A stretch of DNA of 64,000 nt. It comes from Blasia pusilla (lineage: Eukaryota). The translations under genes and the position numbers were made by a program. This document shows positions 25,001-38,590 of this stretch, piece after piece. The notes below the pieces were generated by a model. The model made no database searches, was not told where the DNA came from, and worked only from the letters and a program-made list of their open reading frames with translations. The DNA lies in NCBI GenBank assembly GCA_050084515.1, contig CM114271.1, positions 32,736,001 through 32,800,000 on the forward strand, written 5' to 3'. Numbering within the stretch: the first letter of the stretch is position 1; each line of letters begins with the position of its first letter.

Positions 25001-25568
25001 TCTGCCATGATCGTCTCGGGAAGATGTGTGGAGCCGGTTGAATGGAAGCAGACGGTTGTGAATGCGAAAGTGGGCCCGTCCATTGGGACATGAGAGGGTC
25101 CGTCTTGGGCGTCTCCAACAGCCGCGAAGTGTCATTGCCCAGAGTGTCGCTCGACAACAGGGAGCTCTCATTCATGGAGTCCGACGAACGTGAAAGACTT
25201 TCTTGCGCCCAGCTGTACTCGGAATCGCAAGTGCCCCAGATCGATGTCTTGGGTAGAAGGAAATTCGCGGTCGTGCCGGAGGAGGGGGCGTCGTTGGTGA
25301 GAAGGCTCCCACTCTCTAGGTTGTGCAGCTCCGAGGGCAGGAGCTCACTTTCGGGCCCGGACTCCGGAGAAGAGCTGGCTAGGGTGGCGGCCGCGACTTG
25401 TGCGCTGAGCAGATTCCCAGCTGAGCCCGTATCGTACTCACGGGACTCTTGATCGCATTGCCATGATTGTAATGAGGACTGGTTATCGTGGTTGGGACTC
25501 TTGGACACTTGAAGTACTCCTTCCATGCTGTCTATCCTCCTCAGAGTCACCGTTCTGGAGCTCATCAT
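21838..25568 (-). CDS. RSL1: Class I RSL (ROOT HAIR DEFECTIVE SIX-LIKE) bHLH transcription factor, RSL1-like; join(complement) 25568-24048, 23614-23378, 23195-23130, 22852-22787, 22080-21838; about 710 aa
   Basis: Splicing at canonical GT-AG sites, all phase 0, gives ...GPALNTNLKPRARQGSANDPQSIAAR|HRRERISERLKILQDLVPNGSK|VDLVTMLEKAINYVKFLQLQVK|VLTTDDYWP.... This matches the class I RSL/RHD6 bHLH plus RSL motif (DPQS-AA-RRERISERLKILQ-LVPNG-KVDLVTMLEKA..YVKFLQ.QVKVL.TD..WP). The start codon (first in-frame ATG, 25568) is less certain than the bHLH exons. Confidence 0.93.
22787..22852 (-). CDS. RSL1: RSL1-like coding exon 4 (VDLVTMLEKAINYVKFLQLQVK)
   Basis: TTGAAG| acceptor, |GTAAGT donor, 66 nt, bHLH helix 2. 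Confidence 0.95.
23130..23195 (-). CDS. RSL1: RSL1-like coding exon 3 (HRRERISERLKILQDLVPNGSK)
   Basis: TGCAG| acceptor, |GTAAG donor, 66 nt, bHLH basic region and helix 1. Confidence 0.95.
23378..23614 (-). CDS. RSL1: RSL1-like coding exon 2 (DTPNVQ...DPQSIAAR)
   Basis: Acceptor AAACAG|GAT at 23614, donor CGT|GTAAG at 23377; 79 codons including the start of the basic region. Confidence 0.88.
23540..23560 (-). promoter_or_regulatory. Putative FRH1 (FEW RHIZOIDS1) miRNA target site in the RSL1 mRNA
   Basis: The + strand reads TGTGAGAGAAGAGGCCCATGA. This is 18/21 identical to the Marchantia FRH1 miRNA as I recall it (UGUGUGAGAAGAGGCCAAUGU), so the minus-strand mRNA is complementary to it. FRH1 is known to repress MpRSL1. 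The miRNA sequence is from memory. Confidence 0.7.
24048..25568 (-). CDS. RSL1: RSL1-like coding exon 1 (507 codons, Ser/Asn-rich low-complexity N-terminal region)
   Basis: Lies within the 597-aa ORF 23988..25781. Ends at ...NNKRLHL|GTGAGT donor (24047-24042), in phase with the next exon. Confidence 0.85.
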
Positions 25569-27760
25569 ATTGCGACTACGCTTGAGGTCGGGAACCCGCC
25601 AGATCAACGAAATGCGCCGTAGAATGCGAGTGGGTCGATAGTCTTTGTCTTCTGAATTTTCCGAGGCCAGCCATATAAAACTGTGGCGACCGAAAGCGCG
25701 TGTGCATTGGCCGTGACAATTCCGGCACTTCCTCAACGAACCGCCGTAGGCATGCGCTCGACGAACGATAACTCTGCGCACAGGAATTCGAAATAAACGT
25801 GAGACCGGGTGACGATCCTAAAAGGAACGACGAAGTACGGCATGCAAGGCACCATCTCTCTGGGTTGATCCGGGGATCCTCCCAGCGAATAACATGATCG
25901 ACAAACTTGGACTCCTGGATGGCAACGGACATGACGATAACCTCAGTATTAATCGAAAGTCACTCCGACCAACGGAAACTTTGAGGCCCGCAGCGCGCAA
26001 CCATGGTGATGCGCGATAACTAAATCTACGAACGTGCAGTCAACGGGAATACACTTACTACTCGGAGGGAAGGTTATGAAAACCTAGAAGAATGCAGCGT
26101 CCACGACGGGGCTTTTCGGTCTGAAGAGCCCTAGGCCCGGGCTAGGAAGCTACTGGTGAAACCGTTCGTAAAGGGAGAACAACTACATCTGCGGAGACTG
26201 TAGATCGATCTAGACCTACCTGTAACATACAACTACTCATCTGAAGGAGTAAGCGATGGCAGGAGAGTGCGGCCGGTAGTCTCTACAGTGGTTGGAAGGT
26301 CTCAGACCGAACGCAGACCGTGAGAATTCTTTGACCTAGTATAGGTTTGCAGTGACTAAGGTATATAATGGCTGCTGACGTGCACCACCTTCAACTTTCG
26401 CGGCTGGTGGTAGCATGGTATTCAAAGCTATCCAGTTCCGCACAGAAGAAGGACATCAGCTTCGACGCGGCAATCAAGCAAACTACACCGTCGTTTCGCA
26501 CCCATGATTCAACCAGCAATCGGAATTCGGCAGGAGAGGAATCACGAATCAGGTGGACAGTGATACTGAAGGGTTTGTAGGATAATGATGACTGTTCAGT
26601 AAAGAGCAGCGCAAAGCCGTGCACAACCATCAATACAAGTGTGCAATGTACCAGTTCTCCACGATTAAACAAATAAGACCTAGAAATCAGAAAGAACGGA
26701 AGCATCTCTCGATGTGTACACGCCCGGGACACGATGTTTTATCGTAGGGATTTCTGCATGGGATTGTGCGAGCTCAGAGGCACGACAAGTTGAGGTCAGA
26801 TGTATAGGGTGCCCGCATTCGTCCCGGCCCGATGCTCCTGAGACCTCCGTTGATTAGACAGTTCCGTTAATTGAGCACTAATTAGCGATGCAAGAGGGTC
26901 ATAAGGAACAGTCGGCAGCTCACATGGATTATAAGCAACTTGGACGCCGATGTGTTAAGGCACAAAGACGGAAGTAGCAATATCGCGGCGCAGACGTAAC
27001 GTGGTTCGGTGAACTCGTAGATATGTTCTCATCTCGGAGCCTAGTCTCGCTCGCAGGCTCCAAACACCTGCAGCAGCATGATTCTCCAGACGACGTAGAC
27101 GTGCGTACGCACTCTCTCGCACCCCTCTCTGTCTCGCTCTCTCCGAACAGACTTCCCCTCAGGCCGTAGCAGGCTCAATTGCCCCATCTCTCCGCTCTCT
27201 CTTCACTTCATCTCCCTCAATTGTCCACGCTTTCTTCGTTGTTGTGCGCTTTCTCCACGGGACGAGGGCGAGTCATGAGTAGGCTGCGAGGACCCACAAG
27301 GACCCTGCTAGCAGCCTAAGAAGACGTGGGGTGTGGCGGAGTGAGACTGAGTAGAAAAGCTATACAGCTCCGGGAGTAGTAGGCTCTACGGGAGGCAGGC
27401 AGGCAGGCGGGCGGGCAGGGAGGGACGCAGGCAGGCAGGCAGGCAGGCAGACTGGATCCTGGCAGGAAGCAGGGGTAGGAGTCCGTAGGGCGAGGTTTAG
27501 AAGGGTTCGAGGAGGAACTTAGGAAGTGGGCCTGGCCGCGCGGTTCGGGGAGGAGAAGTGGTGCTGAAGGGAATGAGCTACGACGGACTCCGACGGAGGA
27601 TGGATGGAAGGAAGGAAGGAAGGAAGGAGGAAGGCGGAAGTAAGGAACGAAGAGAGGAAGTAAGGAACGAAGGAAGGAAGGAAGGAAGAGGCCGAGAGGA
27701 CTTGTGTGACGAAAGAAAGAGGAGACAGGCGAGGGAGCGACGATTATATGAATGGGACCG
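25569..27760 (-). promoter_or_regulatory. Probable RSL1 core promoter and long, possibly intron-containing 5' UTR
   Basis: Minus strand has a TATAAT-like word near 27745, followed by CT-rich/(TTCC)n tracts (27600-27720) typical of plant 5' UTRs. Candidate UTR splice signals lie near 26220 (acceptor), 26058 (GTAAGT donor) and 25773 (CGCAG acceptor). Inferred; no transcript data. Confidence 0.4.
27602..27690. repeat. (GGAA)n purine-rich simple repeat
   Basis: GGAAGGAAGGAAGGAAGG tracts; (TTCC)n on the RSL1 sense strand. Confidence 0.85.
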
Positions 27761-30700
27761 GTGCCGCCAAACGGCCCCGCAGCGCGCGGGAACGGACCCG
27801 AGCCCGTGCCAGAAGTTCCGATCAAACCTGACCGCCGCAGAATCCGCGGCGAGCACTTTATCTCTCTACATCCCTGAGTTTATCGGACCGTCCTTCGGAT
27901 TTATCTAATATCCCCGCGACACTAGAATCGTATCCCATTTGTCCGGTGAGTAATATCTCTTCGCAGGTGCCGGAGAGTCCCTCGGCGATACTGCCACCAT
28001 CCCCGGGTAGGATACCGCATAGCGGGTCCGAGCGGAGCCGGTGCCGGGCGCGAATTCACTCCGATTAATCATTGATCCCTATGTCGAGTTACTGCCATCA
28101 ATCGATCCTCTCCAACCCAACCAGATCCCATCCGGTCGCCCGAAAGAACCGAATTCACTCTGCTTAATCATTGATTGGATCTAAAACACGCCGCACTCGG
28201 CACCACGATCCACCACGTACCAATGTTCGCGACGCAGCGTTATGGCAGTTCGTAATTAGAACACGCCTTAACCAAACCCAAACTAGCCCTCCCCAACAAC
28301 CTCTCCGTGTAGCCCAGGGCTTCTCTCACCTGGGGAAGCGCCCGACATTATGGGGTCCTTATGCGTGCGAAGTTACGCTTTCCTCCCGCAGCTGCCTCTA
28401 CGTTGGCGCCGATCCTTCCTTGTTCCTTTTGGCACCAAGCTTTCGACCGCAGTCTCCAAACTAGCCCAGCCCGCGATTCCGCCTTGATGGACTCCGGTTC
28501 CAGAACCTTCTCTCCCTCTTTCTGTGCGCGATCTAGAACGGATTCCGATGCGTGTGCGCCGCAGCGAGTGTGATTACCGCCGGACCTTCTTCCGACGACA
28601 GTCGCACTCCCATCGCGCCGAGGCGAGGATTCGTCCAAGACTAAGCTCGCTCTACTTCGCCGAAATTCGACGAATAGATACACCATGTCCCAACCTTCCA
28701 TACGTCCTTCACCGAACTTACGATGGCCTCCCTCATTATCGCTGTTATCGTCGTGGTCAGTTTCTACCGTAGTTACCACTGGCGGCTCTGTGGTCGTAGG
28801 CGCCATTCAATAGGACCCCAAGAAATAGGAGCCCCCATTCGGATTTTCATTTTCATTTTGATGTTGACGAGCGAGCGAGAGAAGTTGACACACGCTCAGC
28901 TCGCCTCCACTCGGCCGGATACTTCGTTTAAACGGGGTTCATTATTTCGGTCAATTTACCACTGTGGCATCCGAACGCAGCGATGGAAATCCTACGACAT
29001 CGGTCGCTTCTCGCGAGATTTATATTCATATTTATATAAATTAATAAATAAGACCACTGAGCTCCACACTAGTCCCCCGACTGGGCACTGGAAGCTCACC
29101 AGCCCAAACTACGTGTGCATTCTCGTTCCCTCCTTGGGTTGCAGCGCGAACACTCGGTCGGTCAAAGGATGCAGCCCAACTAAATATCAACCCGGATTTA
29201 TTAATCGTTTTTCCTAGAATTTGCGCTCGAGATTTGATTTACCGTTGAATTTCACACGCTTCTCAACGTGTAACTCGCTTCGTAGGGATTCTTGGCTCCC
29301 ACAGATTCCAGCCGCGAGCTCGATTAAAAATTTAGAATAGGAACTCTCGAGAGTCTCGAGAACGCCTAAGTTTAACCAAAGAATAATGTGTGAAGCTTTG
29401 TTTGTTTGACAAGAGTTGAGCTGATTTTCGCCATAACCCGTCACCCGTTGACAAATTTGCCAATCCGATTCAACAGTTGGAATTCAAAAGCTCGGAACGA
29501 GAGAATCTCCCCCAAAAACTGTAAAATAAGAAAATGCCTACATTGTGGAAAAACGAGAGTTGTGCTTGCTTGTACCATCGACTTCCGATGTGCTCGTTAG
29601 AAATCGTACCCCCACAATTCCCTTCATTGTCATGAGCTACGATGGTCGGGACGAAAGGATGGAGGGGAAGATTTCCTCCCATGAAACGTGTTGAGTCTTG
29701 ATTCTCCCTTTGGATTCTTGTCCCTTCCATGAAGCAAGTAGTGTTCCCTCCCTTTTCGTTTTCCTTCCTTTCCCGTCGTCTTTGAGAGCACCTCCTTATG
29801 TTTAATGAAACTTCGAATTTTTCAGTCCCTTTTTCTTCTTCTTTTGTCATGAGTTTTCTCATTATTTTCATTTGCGTTTCTGCCCTTTTCCTAGAAACCA
29901 GGGAAATACTCATGGCGTGCCCAGAGTGTTCGACTTCACCATCAGATCAAATGATATGGAAATAAGCAAAGTCCTACTCACAAAAACAAAAACCTAAGAA
30001 ATCCATAAAGAAGGCTTTTTTCCTCGCTTCTAGGGTTCTCGAACACTCGTCGACTCGTAAGAATAAGAACTTTTTCTATTGTTTAATAGTACAGCTGCAA
30101 TCGCCTCTTCCAACCGATCGTTAGCCAAATCATTAGGTTTCTATGATGCTTGTTTTATGCGAGTGTGCGAAAATTCCTCACCCCACCCCGTGCAAGCGCA
30201 GCCCAAAACAAAATGATTCGACAAAGTTTCTATACTTCCTACGGTCTCTGACCCTTTCTTTAAAGGGCATGCAATGATTATCGCTTCTCTTCCGATGTGG
30301 GAAAGGGAAGCGGAGGGAAGATGTGCTCGAGTACATCTATAGGTTATAAGACGGCAAACAAAACATGATGTCGGATTGTGGGGGTATCTAGGCCCCTCCC
30401 CCCATCAAGTTCTCCTGAAAATGGACAATGAAGAAGTCGAAAAAAATACTAAATTGATGTTTGCAAATGATTCGCGAATCCAAGAATCGCAAAACGAATG
30501 AATGGAGGGGAGGGGGGCTACGGAGGAAATGATTCGTGAATCTGAGAAGTGGAATATTTGTTGGAGCAACAAACTATCTGAAATCATTCGTTGTGCTTGT
30601 GGCGCGAAACCCTCCGTCCAAAGCCTGAAAGTCTTCAATTCATGAACCGAAGCAACAGAGGGAGCCATCGATTCGCTCGACGCTACGACCCACACTATGT

Positions 30701-32859
30701 ACGGATTGGTATGTACGTATCTCATGTCCGTCACTCTTCTCAAAGCCGTCTCTCGTCCAGCGGTCGGAGTAGCTGGAGGTAAACGCGAAGCTATGGCGTA
30801 GGCGTAGCTCGAAGTTGGAAGTGGAAGTTGGAACGAAGAGCGACTGCGCAGTCTTACGCGGAAACTTTAGTGTGTGCATGAGACCATTGAGACGATCGAT
30901 CTAGGAAAGAGGGAGGGGATTCGTGTGTGCATTGATGAAATGGAATGGGGAAGCAGAGGAAGAAGGAGAAGAAGATGATGATGGGCGGAAAGAGGAGGGA
31001 AGTACAATGAGCAGAGTGAGTAAAATGGCGTATAAGTGGTTCTACGTGTGTGCAAATGGCTCCCTCGTGCCTTTTCACCTGCTCGTGGGATCTGGGAAAT
31101 TGATCTCGAGCTTCTAGTGGCTTTACAATAAATGTGAATTTGCTAGAGATCGCGTGTTCGTCATCTTCGCAACTAGTCACTACTAGTGTGCGCGAGCGAG
31201 AGATTTTAAAGCTCGTGAAGATTGATGAGTAGTAAATGGTGGACGATCTATCAAAATCTATCCACATGACCAGACTAATTAAAGGCCATGGGTGTCGAAG
31301 GGCGAGCGAAGTCGGGGATATCCTCGTCCATACGTCTCATGGAGATGGAGTGGATTGTGGGCAGCGGGACATGCCTAGCGATATGGATCGTGGCGATGGA
31401 TGCTGCGCTTTCGCGGAGGCGACCTAAAGTGAGTGAAGGAGAGGGACGTATCATGAAATCACGTACCGACCTAGAGAGAGATGTGGCTTCGGCCGTCTCG
31501 AATTCAACTTAAAGTGAGAGTGAAGATCATGCCTCCATGGACTGACGCTTAGATGAGATCACGCAATCCCTTGTGCACAATAAAAGTAGGCGTCATTGGC
31601 GACAACTTTTTCTCTCTCGTTCGGGATGGAATTTATTCTACGGTTTGAATCTCTCGCTCTATCTTTCTCGCAACATAACTTCGTTCCCTGAATGCAAGGG
31701 ACCGTTCACCCATGCACATCTGGCTATGAGACGTGAGAAAACGGGGGCGTTAACAAGTAAGCACTTGCCGCAATCTGAAAGGGCCTTGGAGCTCTCTCTC
31801 ACTTAGTACTTACGTCCCGAGAGGATATATTTGGTAAGATAAAAAGTAGGAGTTGATCGTTCATTCTTCAGACCGACAGACAGACAGACACAAGTGTTAG
31901 GGAGGGATCTTGCGGAGATATTCTCAGGACAGGTCAGTCACAATTTACGGGCCGGATGAGATGGAGGACTTGTTCCTAACACAAACACCACGCCATCGGA
32001 CTCGGAGAGGCGGTCGATGATGATACCCTAATTGGCGGTGTCTGTGGTTGAGGAAGTAAGCACTTGCTGCTAAGAAATTACGAATGTCGGCCATGCCAAA
32101 AGTATATGACGAAATGACTCGCAAGTTGACAAACGACAGAGCCCAAGAGCGCAGTGGGCCACCAGACTGCAGAGACGTAAAGAGCGAGACGGTGAGATGA
32201 ACGCAGATGGTCGCCCGAGGATTGGAAAAAAGTGGACACACATCCATGAAGGCCATTTATTTATCACGAGCACAGAGCAACAGCAAGGAATCTTGGAAAT
32301 CCCGGCAGGCCAGACTCCAAGCAGAGCATCAACAGAACATTCGAACACATCCGGAACACCCAAGCCCCCTCCCTCTGTTCCCCGACCGACTTATTTCGCG
32401 ACCAGTCGACCACGGTTTCAATGCCAAGGACACATACCGGCGACAACAAAGACGCCCGCTCCCTCTTTCATTTCAAAAGGACCACCGGTGGAATCTGGTA
32501 AACCCGGCCATAGATCCCCAAGCTTCCCGGTCCCAGGGACTCGGATTCCCAGTCCATCCACATTGATTCCCCCTCGCCGGTGACCTGTATATGGATATAC
32601 ATACGTCCAATCTAACGAACAAAGTACGGGATCTACTGGATTGTGCGGGCGTACTCCGGAATTTTCGATCATTGAATACAATACAGTAAGTACAGTATAT
32701 CAAACCCTCTAGCGCACCCACGCACGCACATGCTACCGCTGTTTTCACCCTTTCCTCGTTGCGGTAGAATTTGGACTTGGAATTAGTCAGCCACAGCATA
32801 GTATATCATACTCGTCGGTATTCGGGTGTCGACGACGCCGCTGACGCGATAGACCAAAC

Positions 32860-33570
32860 GGTGCCGTGATGATGCGAATCGGGACTGATCCCGATGCTGA
32901 TTCCCCACTCCATAGCCTCCCCGCCGAATCCTCCCTCCGTCGCCGCCCGCAATCAACCCTCTCTCTCTCGCTTCTCTCCCTCGGAGGACTTCGCCTTCGC
33001 TTCTCGGACCTCCACGATGTTTTCGTTCGCTCGCCATAGCCGACTTCAGATTTCGATATTTGCGTTTGGCCTAGGGTTGGCTGGACTGCGGCGAGTCGGG
33101 CTTTGTGATCGACGCCAGATGTTGCAAGCCCATTTCTGCCGCTCATGTCACATGTTGTGATCTGAGGCGAGCCCTTGGGTTTTAGGGTTTTCCTCTTTTC
33201 CTTGCGAGTTTTGGAGTTAATGGATTTCTGTATTTTCTGTTAATGGAGGGTGACTTTGGAGTTCACGGATTATTTTATTTCCTTACTTATTGTGGATTTC
33301 GTTATTTACTTCTTTTCGTGGATTTTTGTGGCGTTTTGTTGCAATTATTTTTTTCATCGTCACTTGTGTGGAGGTTTGATTCTCCTTGTTGTGTGATTCC
33401 CCTTGTTGTCTCTGCTGTTGGTGAGTTTCGTCGTTAGAGGGGGGAATGCCCCTTCTTCCTTTTCTGGTCCTGTTGTGGCCTTCAGGTTTTGACTCTTTGA
33501 GTCCCCTATTGTACTTCCGATGGGTTTTCCATCACTCGTTTTTATCGAAGTGCATCTTCTTCTTTTCTTG
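32860..33570 (+). repeat. Dispersed non-LTR-like repeat; 3' part homologous to 16245-16347
   Basis: GTGGCCTT...TGACTCTTTGAGTCCC...GTTTTCCATCA...CATCTT..TCTT occurs at both 33475-33570 and 16255-16347. The left boundary is approximate. Confidence 0.5.
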
Positions 33571-33599
33571 TTGTGTGATGTGGGCTGAAGTTGTACTAA

Positions 33600-34450
33600 T
33601 ATCCATGAAATTGTAGATTTCCATATTAGATGGGGATGGAGAGGTCCAATTGTGAGTTGAATTGCATGATGTATGTATGATATATGTGGGAGGGGGACTT
33701 TATAGTGTTATTTGTCTTGTGAGACATAAGATTTCCTTATTATGTTGTAAGTGAGTTGGAGGATCCAAATCCTCCAACTCGCACATTAAAGGGTTGATTT
33801 TAGAGAAGTTAGATTTCCTTCTTAGAATAAGTGGAGAAGTTGGGGTGGGATCACAAGGGCGACATATTCCTGAACTTCCTTGGGGAATTTTAATTATAAG
33901 CTTATTTACATAAACTTGGAGTTCCTTAACATTCTATCCGTGCCATGCAAAAATTATTTTGTGTCTAATTCCCATGAAAATCGTGTGGCAATCCCGTTGA
34001 GGGGATGTTGTACGTGGATTAATAAATAAAACAAAACAAAATATTGTAAATCCCAACCCACATATTTCATACGCATGCATCTAAGGGTGGATGCATGATG
34101 TACTTGTGGATGAATCTGGGCCATCTTTACTAAAAGGGCCAAAATAGTTGGACCGTAATGAGGTTATCTTATTACGCTATATTTAACTTGGGGAATTTAA
34201 GTAGTAAGTTGATTTGAGAGAATTTCCATATCCTTCTCTTAATATGTATGATAAGGGGAAGTTGTGATGTGCTTGATTTGCGAGAAGTTAGATTCCCTCG
34301 TTATGTTGTATGTCGGATAGGGAATTTATGTTTTGATTTCATTCGAGATTCTTTAAATTTCCTTGTTAGATGCAAAATGGGGAGATTAAGTCATGATTTT
34401 ATTGGGAGAAATTAGATTCCTTTCTTGTGTTATGTGTAGATGGGGATGTA
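33600..34450. repeat. Degenerate dispersed/tandem repeat array
   Basis: A recurrent motif GAGAA(A/G)TTAGATT(T/C)C(C/T)T...TTATG..G appears at about 33720, 33803, 34282 and 34406. Confidence 0.45.
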
Positions 34451-36359
34451 AATTTTGATTCACAACGAATGAGACTCCCTACTGGTTCATCTTCCGCACA
34501 CATGCTTGAGCTATTTTGCAGGCACACTAGTCACAAGGATAATATAAAAAAGATATGGTTAAGGATTGTATTGAGTGATATTGCCTATAACATTGGTCGT
34601 GCCCTTTGGGGATGTCGCTTACACTCATATCCAAAATATTTTGGCCGAAAAATTATGTGAATATTGATATGCGTGTCATACCCTATTAGAGAACTTTTGA
34701 CCAATAGAGGATTTGTGGCATAGGGGTATCTATGAGCTTTGATTTACGAGAAAACTTGTAGAAGAATCTATATTTTTTAAAATACGACCGCAAGACTTGA
34801 AAGGAAGAACTTTTACTTGTTTTTATAAGAAGAATTTGATTAATACAAAAACAAACTATGTGTGGCAAGGATAATATATTTGAGTTTCATCTTCACAAAA
34901 AGGATTTCTTCGTCATACTAAGCGTTTGAATGCCCTCTTGATACACCTCGCATGCAATTGGATGGCTCACTTGATGCTTAACCAAAATAAGGTCACAATG
35001 ATGCAAATACGGATGGATTTCTAGGTTACTTGAATTGAGACAAATCCCTAAGTTAATTCTCTATTATATATCAAATATAGTACATATTCATCTCTTAGGA
35101 CTTTGCATTGCAATGAAGTTCAAATGTGATTCTACTTTTTCACAAGACAATGGCTTTTCATTATTCTTGACAAGAACAACTTGTTCTTCCTGACCATATA
35201 GAGTGAGGATAATACAGTGATAGTGTTATCCAGATTTTCATTCCCTATGATGTATATCATATGTTATTTGATTGGGGGATCTTAAGGATTGTTGCATATG
35301 ATGTCATGTGTTATAATATCGATAATGCAAAATAGTATAAAATAATTAATACAAATAAACATCACTTCATGCAAAATCCAACAAAGATGATTATTTCCAC
35401 TTGATTAGAGAATCTAACCTGATTATGGTTGACCTTTGAGTTTAATAAAATTATGGTTGACTTAGCAAGGATGTACCTATTGAGTAAGTACCTTCAAACT
35501 TATGCGAAAACAAAGAGTGGATATTCCAAAAAATGGTATTAGTCAACAATAAGGAAGGAGAGCCAACTATTCAACATCTTCTTACACTAAAAAAATATTC
35601 ATTTTGTCCCATTTTCCATATTGATAAAATATAAGGAAAAGGCAAGCATCACTTGTCACTATCTAAATGGGTACTCCATGTGATGGCAATAGTAAGGCTC
35701 TAGAGATATCAGCAAAGAAGTTCCAAATATTTAGTTTATTTCATAATGAACATCATTTTTTCCATTTTCATATGAGAACTATATTTCAATGCACAAAAGG
35801 ATGATAGTGGGAATGCCATAATCTAGGATGATCCAAGGAAAGATCCAAAGGGAGTGGAGTGAATGAAAAGAAAGATAATTTGACTTTATAATTTATTTAA
35901 AAAAAACTATGAATGAAAATTTGGGAGATTCCTTTAATTATTTTATTTTAAACATGAATTATGAATGACTATTAGAATCCATGTGATTAGTTTTGCCCTT
36001 ACTTTCCTTCTTTTTCAAAATTGAGATTTTCTTATCTAATTAAGAGATTGGAGTTGTGCTTTTGTAAGGGCATCCCAAAATGGATCCCTATGAGAGTAGT
36101 GTCTATCATTGCAAGATATATTAGGGTGTCTTATATTAAAAAAGGTAAAAGAATTTGATGATGGATAATAATGGATTTATAAAAATCCAATTGTTCTTTT
36201 CTACATCTAAAGGCCTTTCATTTTCAAAATTCAGTAAGGGTTGAGGATGATCAAGGCTATCGAAATATGACCATCCCTGACTAAGAGCATGCTATAATTA
36301 ATGTATTAAGATGGGAGGAGAATTAAATCATATGCATCCACCTTCGAAGATATCATATG

Positions 36360-36645
36360 TAAGGTTGCATATGGACAAAGTCCACATCCGCGAACATGTT
36401 CATATCCATAGACTAAAATCTGGCCTAGGGGAGGACTTGTCAATGTGGGCCCTAACTCCTCCTTCTTTCTCATTCCCCCCACTTGCCTCTATGATCGGCA
36501 CACTCTCCCCCCTCCCCAAACCTCTACACCCTTCCCCTTTATTACCCCACCCCACCCCACCCGATCGTATCCCGCCTTCCACCATGAGTCATCAAAAGGC
36601 CCCATCTCTTGCAATTCATGCTCGTGGACATGTCCAAACTTGTCC
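36360..36645 (+). mobile_element. hAT-type MITE family A, right end truncated
   Basis: TAAGGTTGCATATGGACAAAGT start; homology ends at GGACATGTCCAAACTTGTCC. Confidence 0.8.
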
Positions 36646-38514
36646 ATACATGCATCCTTCCAGATATGTAAACAATGATGGAATAAATACTTGCAGTTGT
36701 AGAGCATTTCTTAGATACCTTATCAAAATATTTATCCATAAGAGGAATGGGGTATTTGATGTTAGTCCTTCGAGTATAATTGTCTAATCTTCAACTCCAT
36801 AAGGTTTTTTCCCTCATATGTTTAATTTTTGTAATATTTGGAGAATATGATTAATTTTAATAATCTATGATGTTACTATAGTATCTTGTATTCGAGAAAG
36901 TCTAAAGGGGGGATTTTTTATGAGAGTTGTATAATTTTATTGCATGATTAGGGATAGTTTAGCTTATTGGAAGAAAATAATTTTAATTTGCTCAATATTT
37001 AGGATATTTTTATTTTTGTAAGAAACCATGAGTCTAAAATTGGAGATCTTTTAATATTAAATTTTTATTTCAATCTATGGGGAAAAAATTTAAGGAGAGT
37101 GAGTTTTGGAGAATTTAATAAAATGTGGAGCACGAAGATAAATTTATTTGTTAATACATGTTGGCAATATCAAGGAGTAAATATTATCAAGAGGATTTTT
37201 TTATTTGGGTTGTATTATAAATTTCTACATAATTATTCCTACATCTATATAATTATGAGAGGGTGCCCTCTTGATTTTTCGAACAAGTCTTCTTTAGATA
37301 TATGAGAATTTTTAGCCAATGAGGTCTTAACACGAGTCCTTGAGTAATGGGGGGCTAATTTTAGTGTCAATCAAGTTCAGGGTCGACTTTGGGAGTCAAT
37401 CAAGTTTGAGGTCAAGCTAAGGATGATTCAAATTATCAATCATTGGCATGTGCATCTCATATGTATCTACTAATACCACTATAAGATCAACTTCTTCAAT
37501 GCGTTATGATTAGATCTAAGAGCTGAATTATAAAACGAGTGGGATCCTTTCATATGTAGTCATTACAAGATGACTTTGAGAGGGTCTCATTGAACAATAC
37601 TTGATGCATGTGGATTTTCTTGATAAGGAAATGTTCCTAACATATGGAATTTCCTTAAGATATTGCTCTTCAACTCTAGTTCTTTCTATATGAAGACTTT
37701 TTTTTTCTGTTTTTTTTATGAGGTTTGTCGCTTTATTCCCTTCAACTTGCATATCTACGTTAACTAATCATTCAAGATTATAATTTTTTTCATATTTCTT
37801 TTAGATGGTATATATCCCTTCCATTCTAAGATTGAACAAACTCTCTCTAGTGCCTCCATAAATTGGGTGAAGGGACTTGTTGGATAAGAATTATTACGCA
37901 TATATCCCCTTAAAGAATCTTCTTGGTGCCTAGATTATTTTATGTGTTGATTCCCTTTTCTCTTTCTTCCAACTTTGTTTCCCCTATCTCTTTATTTATG
38001 AGGGAAATCCAAATATCTCCTCAACTTGAAGATCTACATTAAGTAAGCATGTATGTCATTGTATGAGTGGCAAGTATGCCTAGCTTAAAGGCTTATTAAT
38101 GCACTGGAGGAAGTTGTGACTCAGATGCGATTGGGAAATATTTTAATATCATCATCTATATATTTTTTACAACTTGCAAGCATAGTTGGAAGTTTCCTAT
38201 AAAATCCCTTTTCGCCATTTCTACCAAGAAAATAATCTTTTGGAAAAAAGATCTGCAAAAAATATTCTACTGAATTTGAAACTCGAAATTTCTTTTGATT
38301 AGATTATAAAGAATTCAGGATTTTAGAACCTATAGGTCAAAAGCAATTTTATTGCGCACGTAGTTTTTCTAGAATAAAATACATCAATTTCCTTATTAAA
38401 AATTAGAAATCTTAGAACTATCTTTCGTGTTTCCAATTTTCTGGTTTTTCCTTCGCACCTAAACATCTTGAAGGTGGTCCGATAAAGTGAACTAGAAGAG
38501 GAGCAACATTTTAA

Positions 38515-38590
38515 AACATTTGATGTGCAAAGCGGAATTTGAACAAGGAACCGACTGATATGTCGAGAGGATTCTAACCATTGCATGAAA
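38515..38590 (-). repeat. Degenerate tRNA-derived SINE-like head; second copy near 4005-4075
   Basis: Minus strand TGCAATGGTTAGAATCC...GTTCAAATTCCGC has A-box-like and B-box-like words; TTTGATG..CAA.GGAATTT.GAAC is shared with about 4008-4032. Confidence 0.35.

Noticed and set aside
23988..25781. 597-aa single-exon gene as given in the ORF track
   Set aside because: It starts at a non-ATG codon and runs through a GTGAGT donor; it is coding exon 1 of the spliced RSL1 gene.
38515..38590. Intact tRNA gene
   Set aside because: A-box-like and B-box-like words are present, but no cloverleaf stems can be formed; treated as a SINE-like remnant.
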